A stretch of 64,000 nt of DNA. Source: Gemmatimonadota bacterium. GTDB lineage: Bacteria; Gemmatimonadota; Gemmatimonadetes; Gemmatimonadales; GWC2-71-9. Below, in pieces: positions 26,271 to 39,260 of this stretch. Both the position numbers and the translations under genes were made by a program. Every line of letters begins with the position of its first letter. Position 1 is the stretch's first letter. The DNA lies in the NCBI GenBank assembly GCA_003223395.1, contig QHUZ01000056.1, positions 597 through 64,596 of the forward strand, in the 5' to 3' direction. The notes under the pieces were generated by a model, which was given only the letters and a program-made list of their open reading frames with translations, ran no database searches and had not been told where the DNA came from.

Positions 26271-27613
26271 TCGATCGCCTGCTCGACGCCGCTCGCGGCA
26301 AGGTCGATGGCGCCGACGCGCTGTGGCGGCGGGAGGAGCAGACCGCGGTTTCGTTCGAATCGGGCCGGCTCAAGGCCGCCGGCATCTCCGAGGAGGCCGG
26401 ACTCAACCTGCGTGTGGTGGCGCAGGGCCGCATGGGCGTGGCGGGCACGACTGCGGCGAAACCGGATCCGAAAGAGCTGGTCGCTCGCGCCCGTGCGTCC
26501 GCGGAACTCGGAGAGGCGGTAGAGCTGGCGTTTCCGAACGCGAGCCCCCAGTCCCTACCGCCGATTCCCACCTTCTTCGACCGCACCGCCAACGCATCGC
26601 TCAGTGAATTGATCCGGATGGGTCGGCTGCTGGTCGAACGGTTGGCGCGGCCGGATTGCCAGGTCAACGTCGCCGTGCAGCGGGAGGTCGCGGACACCGC
26701 CGTCGGCAACACCGCGGGCGCGCGCGGCGAGTACCGCGCTACGGGCATCGCGGTGACGGCGGACATCACGCGTATTGCGGGCGACGACGTGCTGATGGTC
26801 TACGATCAGTACGTCGGGGCCGACATGCCGAGCGACGCCGATCTCGAGGCGCTCGTGCGGTCTGTGGACACGCGGCTCACCGCGGCGCTGAAGATCGTTA
26901 CGCCGCCGGACGGCGCGCTCCCCGTCGTGTTTACTCCCGCCGGACTGGCCGCGGTGGTCCTGCCGCTCGAACAGGCGCTCTCCGGGAAAACCGTGCTCCA
27001 GGGCAGTTCGCCGCTGGCGGGCAAGGTCGGGGAGGCGTTGTTCGATGTGCGCCTTTCCATTCGCGACGATCCGCTGACACCGGGCCGGCCGTTGTCACGC
27101 CCGGTCGACGACGAATGCGTCCCGTCGCGCTGCAACGGACTCGTCGAGCGAGGGGTCGTGGGGCAATTCGTCTACGATCTCGAAACCGCCGCACGCGCCA
27201 AGACGCAGAGCACGGGCAACGGCCGGCGCGGAGTGTTCGGGAAACCGCACATCGGTTACACGAACATGCTGTTTCGGATGGCGGATGGCCCGCAGGCAGG
27301 GGCGCAGCATGCTGCGCCCCTCCCTACGTTGGGCGGCGGCCTCATCGATGATATTCAGGATGGATTGATCGTCGATGACCTGATCGGTGTGGGGCAGGGC
27401 AACGTGATCAGCGGCGCGTTCAGCCACCCGGTGGGACTCGCCTATCGCGTGCAGAACGGCGAGATCACGGGTCGTGTGAAGGACGCCGCGGTCGCCGGGA
27501 ACGCCTACGATCTCCTCAAGAAGATTGGGGGATTCGGTACAGACGGACGGTGGCTCGGTGCGCGGTGGTCGCCGTCGCTGTTGCTGGAAGGCGTCAGCGT
27601 GGCCCGTAGGTAA
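26267..27613 (+). CDS. pmbA: PmbA/TldE-family protein
   Basis: 448-aa ORF coupled to tldD (ATGA). PmbA_TldD C-terminal block GNVISGAFSHPVGLAYRVQNGE. Contains the palindrome insert at 27299-27320. Confidence 0.85.
   Translation: MIDRLLDAARGKVDGADALWRREEQTAVSFESGRLKAAGISEEAGLNLRVVAQGRMGVAGTTAAKPDPKELVARARASAELGEAVELAFPNASPQSLPPIPTFFDRTANASLSELIRMGRLLVERLARPDCQVNVAVQREVADTAVGNTAGARGEYRATGIAVTADITRIAGDDVLMVYDQYVGADMPSDADLEALVRSVDTRLTAALKIVTPPDGALPVVFTPAGLAAVVLPLEQALSGKTVLQGSSPLAGKVGEALFDVRLSIRDDPLTPGRPLSRPVDDECVPSRCNGLVERGVVGQFVYDLETAARAKTQSTGNGRRGVFGKPHIGYTNMLFRMADGPQAGAQHAAPLPTLGGGLIDDIQDGLIVDDLIGVGQGNVISGAFSHPVGLAYRVQNGEITGRVKDAAVAGNAYDLLKKIGGFGTDGRWLGARWSPSLLLEGVSVARR
27299..27320. repeat. 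22-bp palindrome GGGGCGCAGCATGCTGCGCCCC (copy 2, intragenic)
   Basis: Identical core. Read in the same frame (GAQHAAPLP) inside pmbA. Confidence 0.9.
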
Positions 27614-27636
27614 GCGCGCAGCATGCTGCGCCCCTA
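27606..27636. repeat. palindrome copy 3 (intergenic, between convergent genes)
   Basis: GTAGGTAAGCGCGCAGCATGCTGCGCCCCTAC. The pmbA TAA lies in the left arm and the TAG of the minus-strand V4R gene lies in the right arm. Confidence 0.85.
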
Positions 27637-28143
27637 CGCGGCGCCCAATGCCTCCGCGTAGCTCCGTCCCGCCGTCATCTCGCTATACACCTTCTCCAGA
27701 ACATGAGGCGTTGCCGACAGGAACCGGCAGCGGTCGTCCCCGCGGCTGCGGCATTCGACCTCCATCACCGCCACCGTCTCGTCCGACAATCGTCCCAGGA
27801 AATCGGCCAGCATGCCGGCCGAGAAGAAGCACATCGGCGCCTGCGCCGTGCCGGGCTCCGCTTCGGCCCAATCGGTGGAGTCCAGCGCGAGTGCGCCGGT
27901 CCCGACGGGAGTCAGGGTCACGGCGCCCCAGCCGCCGTTCGTGAAGAACTCGGAGAGCGTCTCGCCCAGCAGGTCGGCATCGAGATCGGTCGCACTGTTC
28001 ACGGCGGTGAAGGCCTTGAAGAGGCCTTCGCCGGCGGCGTAGCCGGCTTCCTGCAGGACGGCGATGAGCTGATCAGGAGCACGCGAGGCGAGGCTCGCAT
28101 GCAGTTGGCGAACGATACTCGGAGCCGTCATATGGGAAGGCAA
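27634..28143 (-). CDS. V4R-domain (4-vinyl reductase-like) small-molecule binding protein
   Basis: C-terminal CFFSAGMLADFLGRL...VECRSRGDDRCRF is typical of V4R. Confidence 0.65.
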   Translation of the reverse strand: MPSHMTAPSIVRQLHASLASRAPDQLIAVLQEAGYAAGEGLFKAFTAVNSATDLDADLLGETLSEFFTNGGWGAVTLTPVGTGALALDSTDWAEAEPGTAQAPMCFFSAGMLADFLGRLSDETVAVMEVECRSRGDDRCRFLSATPHVLEKVYSEMTAGRSYAEALGAA

Positions 28144-28144
28144 C

Positions 28145-30945
<2,801 letters not shown>

Positions 30946-30980
30946 AGTTTCGCTCGGGAACTCGGAGTCCGTCAAGCGCG

Positions 30981-30988
30981 TGTAGATT
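30981..30988 (+). promoter_or_regulatory. -10-like box tgTAGATT, 8 nt before ATG 30997
   Basis: Same TGTAGAWT-8-ATG layout as at 24372. No Shine-Dalgarno. Confidence 0.3.
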
Positions 30989-30996
30989 TGCACGGC

Positions 30997-32337
30997 ATGA
31001 AAACCATTCTTCTCGCCACCGTCATCACGATCACACTCTGCCGACGATCTGCGTCACAAGCAGCGGGATCTGTGGCCGCGGGATCTGTGGCCCCCATTGG
31101 CGCCTACCCGGTCGTCCCGCAGCTGCCGGGCATGGGACGTCCGGTGGACACCGCCGCCGTCGCGGCCCGCCGGCGCGCGCTGCTCAAACGCATCGGCAGC
31201 GGCACGGTCCTGATTCCGGCTGGGCACGAGCGGGACATCGAGCAGGACTACGTGCAGGACAATGATTTCCGCCAGGACAACACGTTCTACTACTTCACCG
31301 AGCTGGAAACGCAGGACGCCGTCCTCCTCCTGACGGCCCGCGGTCCGGATTCACTCGAGACGGTGCTGTTTCTGCCACCGCGGACCCCTTCGCAGGAGCG
31401 GTGGACGGGGTTGCGGCTCGGGCCCGACAGTGTGGCCGTGCGGCTCTCCGGCATTGCCACCGTGCTGCCGCTCGATTCGCTCGACAGTCGGGTCCATGCA
31501 GCGCGACAGCCGCTCTACACGCCGCAAGGCCACGGGCGGGGACAGCGCGCCGCCGACGCGGCATCCGCCACCTTGAACGTCACGCCGATTGTCGACTCGA
31601 TGCGCGCCGTCAAGGACGCCGACGAGATCGCCCGGCTGCGTCGCGCCGTGGACATCAGCGTCGCCGGCCATGTCGCCGCGATGCGGGCTGCGCGGCCGGG
31701 GATGTACGAGTACGAGCTGGAAGCTGCGCTCGAAGCCGGTTTCCGCCGCAACGGCGCTGACCGTCTCGGGTATCCGTCGATCGTCGGCAGCGGTCCCAAT
31801 ACCACGACGCTGCATTACGACGTGAACCGGCGCCGCACGGAAAACGGTGACCTCGTCGTGATCGACGCGGCGGCGGAGTGGGGCCAGTACACCGCCGACG
31901 TCACGCGCACGTTTCCGGTGAACGGGAAGTTCACACCGCGCCAGAAGGCGATTTACGATCTGGTGCTCGGCGCCCAGCAGGCCGCATTCGATGCGGTGCG
32001 TCCCGGAATTACGATGCGCGAGCTGGACGGCATCGCACGGAGATACATGCACGAGCACTCCGGGAACCTGTGTGGCGAGCGGACGTGCGACGACCGCGAG
32101 TACTTCAATCACGGTCTCGGCCACCCGATCGGGATGGATGTGCACGACGTCGGGATCAGCCGCCCGCTCGAGCCCGGCATGGTGATCACGCTCGAGCCGG
32201 GGATCTATCTGCAGGCCGAAAACCTGGGCGTGCGGATCGAGGACGACGTGCTGGTCACCGCCAAGGGCGCGGAATGGTTGTCGGCGGGGGCACCGCGTAC
32301 GACCGATGCGATTGAGCGCGTTATGCAGGGACGCTAG
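30997..32337 (+). CDS. pepP: Xaa-Pro aminopeptidase (M24B) with signal peptide
   Basis: ATG 30997 (MKTILLATVITITL). AMP_N-type N-domain, then YPSIVGSGPN, DAAAEWGQYTADVTRTFP, HGLGHPIGMDVHD and EPGIY..RIEDD. Confidence 0.85.
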   Translation: MKTILLATVITITLCRRSASQAAGSVAAGSVAPIGAYPVVPQLPGMGRPVDTAAVAARRRALLKRIGSGTVLIPAGHERDIEQDYVQDNDFRQDNTFYYFTELETQDAVLLLTARGPDSLETVLFLPPRTPSQERWTGLRLGPDSVAVRLSGIATVLPLDSLDSRVHAARQPLYTPQGHGRGQRAADAASATLNVTPIVDSMRAVKDADEIARLRRAVDISVAGHVAAMRAARPGMYEYELEAALEAGFRRNGADRLGYPSIVGSGPNTTTLHYDVNRRRTENGDLVVIDAAAEWGQYTADVTRTFPVNGKFTPRQKAIYDLVLGAQQAAFDAVRPGITMRELDGIARRYMHEHSGNLCGERTCDDREYFNHGLGHPIGMDVHDVGISRPLEPGMVITLEPGIYLQAENLGVRIEDDVLVTAKGAEWLSAGAPRTTDAIERVMQGR

Positions 32338-33123
32338 CTACGTTTCGTCCTTTTCGTTCTTGATGTCGGCGAGCAGTGCGGCAGCGTCTTTCTTGTATTG
32401 CCCATCGAGCACGTCCACCTCGGGCAGCGTCGCGACCACCTGTAGCTGCTCGCGCGCCTTCGAGTAGCGGCCCAGGTCGGTGTAAACCTCCGCCAGCTCG
32501 AGTCGGTGGTAGATGTGGTTCGGCGCGAGCCGTACCGCGATCTCGAGGTGCTTCACGGCGTCGTCCCAGTTCGCCTTGTCCATGAAGCCGCCGCCGAACA
32601 GCGCCTTCGCAAAGAAGCGCTGAATCCCCGACAGCCGCTTCACCTCGGCATTCCACGCGCCCAGGACGTGGTGGGCGTTGTCGTAGGTGGAGTCGATTTG
32701 GACAGCGCGCGTCGCTTCGTCGTAAATGATTTTGGCGTACCGCACCCGTTCCTTGCTGCCTTTGGTGCGTGACAGGCGGCCCAGCACCATCGAGAGCGCG
32801 TAGTGCCCGTCGGGCCGCGTCGAATCCGCGCGAATCGCGCGCTCGGCATAGCCCCGGCCCACGGAATAAAGGCTATCTCGGCGCCGCTTGAGGGAATCGG
32901 CATTGCCCTGTATTTGTTTGGCGACGTCGGCGATCGCCCGCGCCGCCTTCCAGTTCGCCGCATAGCTCAGCGAGTCGACGGCAAGGGCGGCCTGATAGTG
33001 GCGGAGTTGCACGTCCGGATGCATCAGGCCCGCGCTGTCTCCGAGCGCGACATGCTGGGCCGCCGTCTGGGCGGCGAGAGTCGCGCCGAAGAGCGGAGCG
33101 AGCAGACACAAGGAGAGGCGCAT
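32338..33123 (-). CDS. secreted TPR-like helical repeat protein
   Basis: Signal peptide MRLSLCLLAPLFGATLAAQ. Helical repeat body. Confidence 0.6.
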   Translation of the reverse strand: MRLSLCLLAPLFGATLAAQTAAQHVALGDSAGLMHPDVQLRHYQAALAVDSLSYAANWKAARAIADVAKQIQGNADSLKRRRDSLYSVGRGYAERAIRADSTRPDGHYALSMVLGRLSRTKGSKERVRYAKIIYDEATRAVQIDSTYDNAHHVLGAWNAEVKRLSGIQRFFAKALFGGGFMDKANWDDAVKHLEIAVRLAPNHIYHRLELAEVYTDLGRYSKAREQLQVVATLPEVDVLDGQYKKDAAALLADIKNEKDET

Positions 33124-33129
33124 GAAACA

Positions 33130-34461
33130 ATGATCGTCCCACCCCTGATCGAGCGCAAGCGCGACGGCGGCACGCTGAGTCCCGAAGAGTGGTCAGCCCT
33201 CGTCGCCGAATACACAGCCGGGCGGATCCCCGACTATCAGATCGCGGCGATGCTCATGGCGGTGTTCATGCGCGGCTTGGACCGGCAGGAGCTCGCCGCG
33301 CTCACCGACGCGATGCTCGCGTCGGGCGACCGCCTGTCGTTCGACGGCTGGGCGACGCCGCGCATCGACAAGCACTCCACCGGCGGCGTGGGCGACAAGG
33401 TCTCGCTCGTGCTGGGACCATTGGTCGCGGCCTGCGGCGTCGCGGTACCGATGATGTCGGGTCGAGGACTCGGGCACACCGGCGGCACGCTCGACAAACT
33501 CGAAGCGATCCCCGGATTTCGCACCAACCTGTCGCTCGCCGAGGCGAAGGCGCAGGTGCAGAAACTCGGCTGCGCGCTGATCGGCCAGACCGCCGAGATC
33601 GCGCCCGCCGACCGCAAGCTGTACGCGCTGCGTGACGTCACCGCGACGGTCGAATCGATTCCGCTGATCTCTGCGAGCATCATGTCCAAGAAGCTCGCCG
33701 AAGGACTGAACGGCCTCGTGCTCGACGTGAAAAACGGCAGTGGCGCGTTTCTGCCGGAGGTCGCGCGCGGCCTCGAGCTGGCAAAGACGATGATCGCGCT
33801 GGGCGAGGATCGCGGCTGCCCGACGGTGGCGCTGATTACCGCGATGGACCGGCCGCTGGGGCGCGCCTGCGGCAATGTGCTCGAGACCGAGGAAGCGATT
33901 CTGGCGTTGCGCGGTGAAGGACCGCCGGATCTGCTCGAAGTGACGTACGCGCTGGGTGTGGAGATGCTGTTGCAGGGCGGCATCGAGAAGAACACGAAGA
34001 AGGCGCGCAAGAAACTCGAAACCGCGATCGAGTCGGGTCTCGCCGCCGAGAAGTTCGAGCAGATCATCGAGGCACAGGGTGGGAATCCCAAGGCCGTCGA
34101 AGATCCGTCGGTGCTCCCACAGGCGCTGGCGGTCGAGGTCTACGCCGCCCAGCGCACGGGAGTCGTGCAGCGCGTCGAGCCGCGCACCATCGGTCGCGCG
34201 ATCATCGCGCTCGGCGGCGGCCGCCGCACAGTCGACGATACCATCGACCCGACGGTCGGCTTCGTCATCACCGTGAAGCCGGGGGACAAGGTGCTGGAGG
34301 GTGAGCCGATTGCGTCCGTGTTCGCCAAGGATGCGGACGGCATCCGCACGGGCTTTGACGCGCTGAATCAGGCGATTGTGATTGGCGACAAGCTGACGCA
34401 GAAACCGCTACGGCTCGTGTCGCACCGCGTCACCCGCGCGGGCGTCGAGGAGCTTGCCTAG
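33130..34461 (+). CDS. deoA: thymidine/pyrimidine-nucleoside phosphorylase
   Basis: ATG 33130 (MIVPPLIERKRDG). HSTGGVGDK and SGRGLGHTGGTLDKLE motifs. Confidence 0.9.
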   Translation: MIVPPLIERKRDGGTLSPEEWSALVAEYTAGRIPDYQIAAMLMAVFMRGLDRQELAALTDAMLASGDRLSFDGWATPRIDKHSTGGVGDKVSLVLGPLVAACGVAVPMMSGRGLGHTGGTLDKLEAIPGFRTNLSLAEAKAQVQKLGCALIGQTAEIAPADRKLYALRDVTATVESIPLISASIMSKKLAEGLNGLVLDVKNGSGAFLPEVARGLELAKTMIALGEDRGCPTVALITAMDRPLGRACGNVLETEEAILALRGEGPPDLLEVTYALGVEMLLQGGIEKNTKKARKKLETAIESGLAAEKFEQIIEAQGGNPKAVEDPSVLPQALAVEVYAAQRTGVVQRVEPRTIGRAIIALGGGRRTVDDTIDPTVGFVITVKPGDKVLEGEPIASVFAKDADGIRTGFDALNQAIVIGDKLTQKPLRLVSHRVTRAGVEELA

Positions 34462-34663
34462 GGGAGCGGTTTCTGGCCGGTGCCCGGCCCCCAGTCGCGC
34501 ACGCTCTCTTCGTCGGCCGCTTCCTGCACATCCCGCTCGGCGGCTTCCAGCTCCGATTCGTCCACGTCCGGCCGCTCGCGCCGCGCTGCAGCAGCGTCTT
34601 TACTGGGCCAGAAGAACCACCCCAGAATGATCAGCAGCACCACGACCCCCGCGACGAGGCCCA

Positions 34664-34664
<1 letters not shown>
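34458..34664 (-). CDS. small membrane protein with acidic tail
   Basis: 68 aa, one TM helix followed by an Asp/Glu-rich tail. The start overlaps the gyrB stop (TGATG). Confidence 0.45.
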
Positions 34665-36950
<2,286 letters not shown>

Positions 36951-36957
36951 AGCCCAT

Positions 36958-36986
36958 AAAATACACGGAAGTCATTGTCCTGTCAA
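36958..36986 (-). promoter_or_regulatory. near-consensus promoter TTGACA-17-TATTTT, 7 nt before GTG 36950
   Basis: Read on the minus strand as ctgTTGACAggacaatgacttccgtgTATTTTatgggctGTG. No Shine-Dalgarno. Confidence 0.55.
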
Positions 36987-37007
36987 CAGTTAAGGGTGTG
37001 GCGGAAG

Positions 37008-37229
37008 TTACGGTACAGCCACGACGTAGGTGTCCCGCTGGGCCGCAAAACCGGCCGCGTCCCGCGCCACCAAGGACATCGGAATGTGGGTTCCGGGCTG
37101 GGTGCCCGAGGGGATGATCAGGCGATAACGGGTGCTGATGACCTGGTTGAAGCCGCCGTCATCGACCCACTGCTGCGCTCCGGCCGTGATCCACAGCGAA
37201 TCGATGCCGTCAGCGTCCTGGGCGCGCAC
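37008..37229 (-). CDS. hypothetical protein, probably a lipoprotein extending upstream to about 37388
   Basis: The frame stays open upstream and encodes SRKARGKIPGALALLFAAAC (basic n-region plus lipobox). There is no ATG/GTG/TTG upstream of 37229. ATT 37388 or a CTG start is possible. Confidence 0.4.
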   Translation of the reverse strand: MRAQDADGIDSLWITAGAQQWVDDGGFNQVISTRYRLIIPSGTQPGTHIPMSLVARDAAGFAAQRDTYVVAVP

Positions 37230-37348
37230 CGTCCCGCCAATGGTGTCGGCGCGGCTGGCGACGACCGTCGTATCATCGATCGTGAACGAGACCTGCGGGG
37301 GCCCGGGGCGCTCCCGTTCGCCGAGGCAGGCCGCGGCGAACAGCAGGG

Positions 37349-38131
37349 CTAGCGCCCCTGGAATTTTGCCGCGCGCTTTTCGAGAAATGCGGTCGTCCCC
37401 TCTTTCATGTCCTGGGTCGCGGCCAGCAGGCCGAAGTGATTCGCCTCGAGCAACAGGCCTTCATCGAGCGTCATCTCCAGGCCCTGATCGACGGCTTCCA
37501 TGGCCAGCCGTATGGCCAGCGGCCCCATCGCGAGGATACCCCGCATCATCTTCTCGGATTCGGCGAGGAGGTCCGCGGCCGGGACGACCTTGTTGACCAG
37601 CCCGATCCGGTAGGCCTCCTGCGCGTCGATCATTTCGCCGGTCAGAATCAATTGCATCGCCACGCCCTTGCCCACGAGGCGCGGCAGACGCTGCGTGCCG
37701 CCGTAGCCGGGCGCGATCCCGAGCTTGACCTCCGGCTGGCCGAACTTCGCGTTCTCGCTGGCGATGCGGATGTGACACGCCATGGCGAGCTCGCAGCCGC
37801 CGCCGAGCGCGAATCCGTTGATCGCCGCGATGACCGGCTTGCCGCAGGTCTCGAGTCGCCGAAGCACGCCCTGGCCGCGCTGCGCGCGCGCCTTGCCATC
37901 GAACGGCCCCTGCCGCGACAGATCGCCGATGTCGGCGCCGGCGACGAACGATTTCGGGCCCGCGCCGGTGAGGATCGCGCCCTTGATCACGGAATCGGTA
38001 GCGATCCGCTCGCCCGCATCACTGAGCTCCAACATTACCTGATCGTTGAGCGCGTTCAGTTTGTCTGGACGGTTCACTGTTACGAAAGCGATTCCATCCC
38101 GGACTTCGAATACGAGAGTCTGGTAGGTCAT
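37349..38131 (-). CDS. enoyl-CoA hydratase/isomerase (crotonase family)
   Basis: ATG 38131 (MTYQTLVFEVRDGIAFVTVNRPDKLNAL). FVAGADI and GGGCELAMACH motifs. Confidence 0.9.
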   Translation of the reverse strand: MTYQTLVFEVRDGIAFVTVNRPDKLNALNDQVMLELSDAGERIATDSVIKGAILTGAGPKSFVAGADIGDLSRQGPFDGKARAQRGQGVLRRLETCGKPVIAAINGFALGGGCELAMACHIRIASENAKFGQPEVKLGIAPGYGGTQRLPRLVGKGVAMQLILTGEMIDAQEAYRIGLVNKVVPAADLLAESEKMMRGILAMGPLAIRLAMEAVDQGLEMTLDEGLLLEANHFGLLAATQDMKEGTTAFLEKRAAKFQGR

Positions 38132-38144
38132 GGCGACATATCCT

Positions 38145-38223
38145 AAAGCGGGGACATGCAAAAGCTAGGTGCACAGACGCACCGCGGCGCGTCTGTTGCC
38201 TAGTATTTGCATGTCCGCGCTTT
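38145..38223. promoter_or_regulatory. 79-bp imperfect inverted repeat filling the divergent intergenic region
   Basis: Arms AAAGCGGGGACATGCAAAAGCTAGGTGCACAGACGC and GCGTCTGTTGCCTAGTATTTGCATGTCCGCGCTTT with an 8-nt loop. Confidence 0.6.
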
Positions 38224-38235
38224 AGTTTCTGCCAC

Positions 38236-39258
38236 GTGCCTATCCAAGCAATCTCATGGTCCCCTTCGGGTGCGGTGCGCATCATCGATCAGCGTGCGCT
38301 TCCTGATGCCGAGCTGACACGGGATCTCGAGAGTGCGGAGTCGGTCGCGGATGCGATCCGCCAGCTGCAGGTGCGCGGCGCGCCGCTGATCGGCATTGCG
38401 GCCGCGATGGGCCTCGTCGCTGCCACGCGCCACCAGCGCTCCGCGTCGCGCGCCGACTTCGTCGCGCGTGCACAGGACGTGGCGGCGCTGCTGGGCGCCT
38501 CCCGCCCGACCGCGGTGAACCTGCGTTGGGCGCTCGCGCGCATGCTGCGGGTCGCCGAGGAGACGCCGGGCGAGGGAAGTGACCTGTGGGAACGGCTCCG
38601 TGCCGAAGCGACGGCGATCTGGGAAGAGGACCGCGCCATGTGTCGCCGCATCGGCGAACATGGGCTCACGCTGCTTGCCGATGGCGCGAACGTGCTGACC
38701 CACTGCAACACCGGCGCATTGGCGACGGGCGGCATCGGTACCGCCCTCGCGCCGATCTACCTCGCGCATGAACAGGGGCGCAAGGTGCACGTCTACGTGG
38801 ACGAGACTCGACCGCTGCTCCAGGGCTCGCGACTCACGATGTGGGAGCTGGTGCACGCGGGGATCTCGTGCACGCTGATCACCGACGCCACGGCGGCCAC
38901 CCTGATGCGGCAGGCCAAGATCGACGTCGTCCTCGTCGGCGCCGACCGGATCTGCGCGAACGGCGATTTTGCCAATAAAATCGGCACTTATGGCCTGGCG
39001 GTCCTGGCGCGGCATCACGGCGTGCCGTTCTATTGTGCGGCGCCCTGGTCAACCGTGGACGTGGCGTTGGCCGACGGCGACCTGATCCCGATCGAGCAAC
39101 GCTCGCCCGCCGAGGTTACGATGATCGCGGGCCGGCCGATTGCACCCGATCAGGCCACCGCGCTGAACCCTGCCTTCGATGTCACGCCGGCGCGGTACGT
39201 GACGGGATTCGTCACCGATCGCGGGATCGTTCAACCACCGTTCTCGGGGGAGTCGTAA
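38236..39258 (+). CDS. mtnA: S-methyl-5-thioribose-1-phosphate isomerase (eIF-2B alpha/beta/delta family)
   Basis: 340 aa. RGAPLIGIAAAMG, THCNTGALAT and VGADRICANGDFANKIGTY blocks. Confidence 0.85.
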   Translation: MPIQAISWSPSGAVRIIDQRALPDAELTRDLESAESVADAIRQLQVRGAPLIGIAAAMGLVAATRHQRSASRADFVARAQDVAALLGASRPTAVNLRWALARMLRVAEETPGEGSDLWERLRAEATAIWEEDRAMCRRIGEHGLTLLADGANVLTHCNTGALATGGIGTALAPIYLAHEQGRKVHVYVDETRPLLQGSRLTMWELVHAGISCTLITDATAATLMRQAKIDVVLVGADRICANGDFANKIGTYGLAVLARHHGVPFYCAAPWSTVDVALADGDLIPIEQRSPAEVTMIAGRPIAPDQATALNPAFDVTPARYVTGFVTDRGIVQPPFSGES

Positions 39259-39260
39259 CC

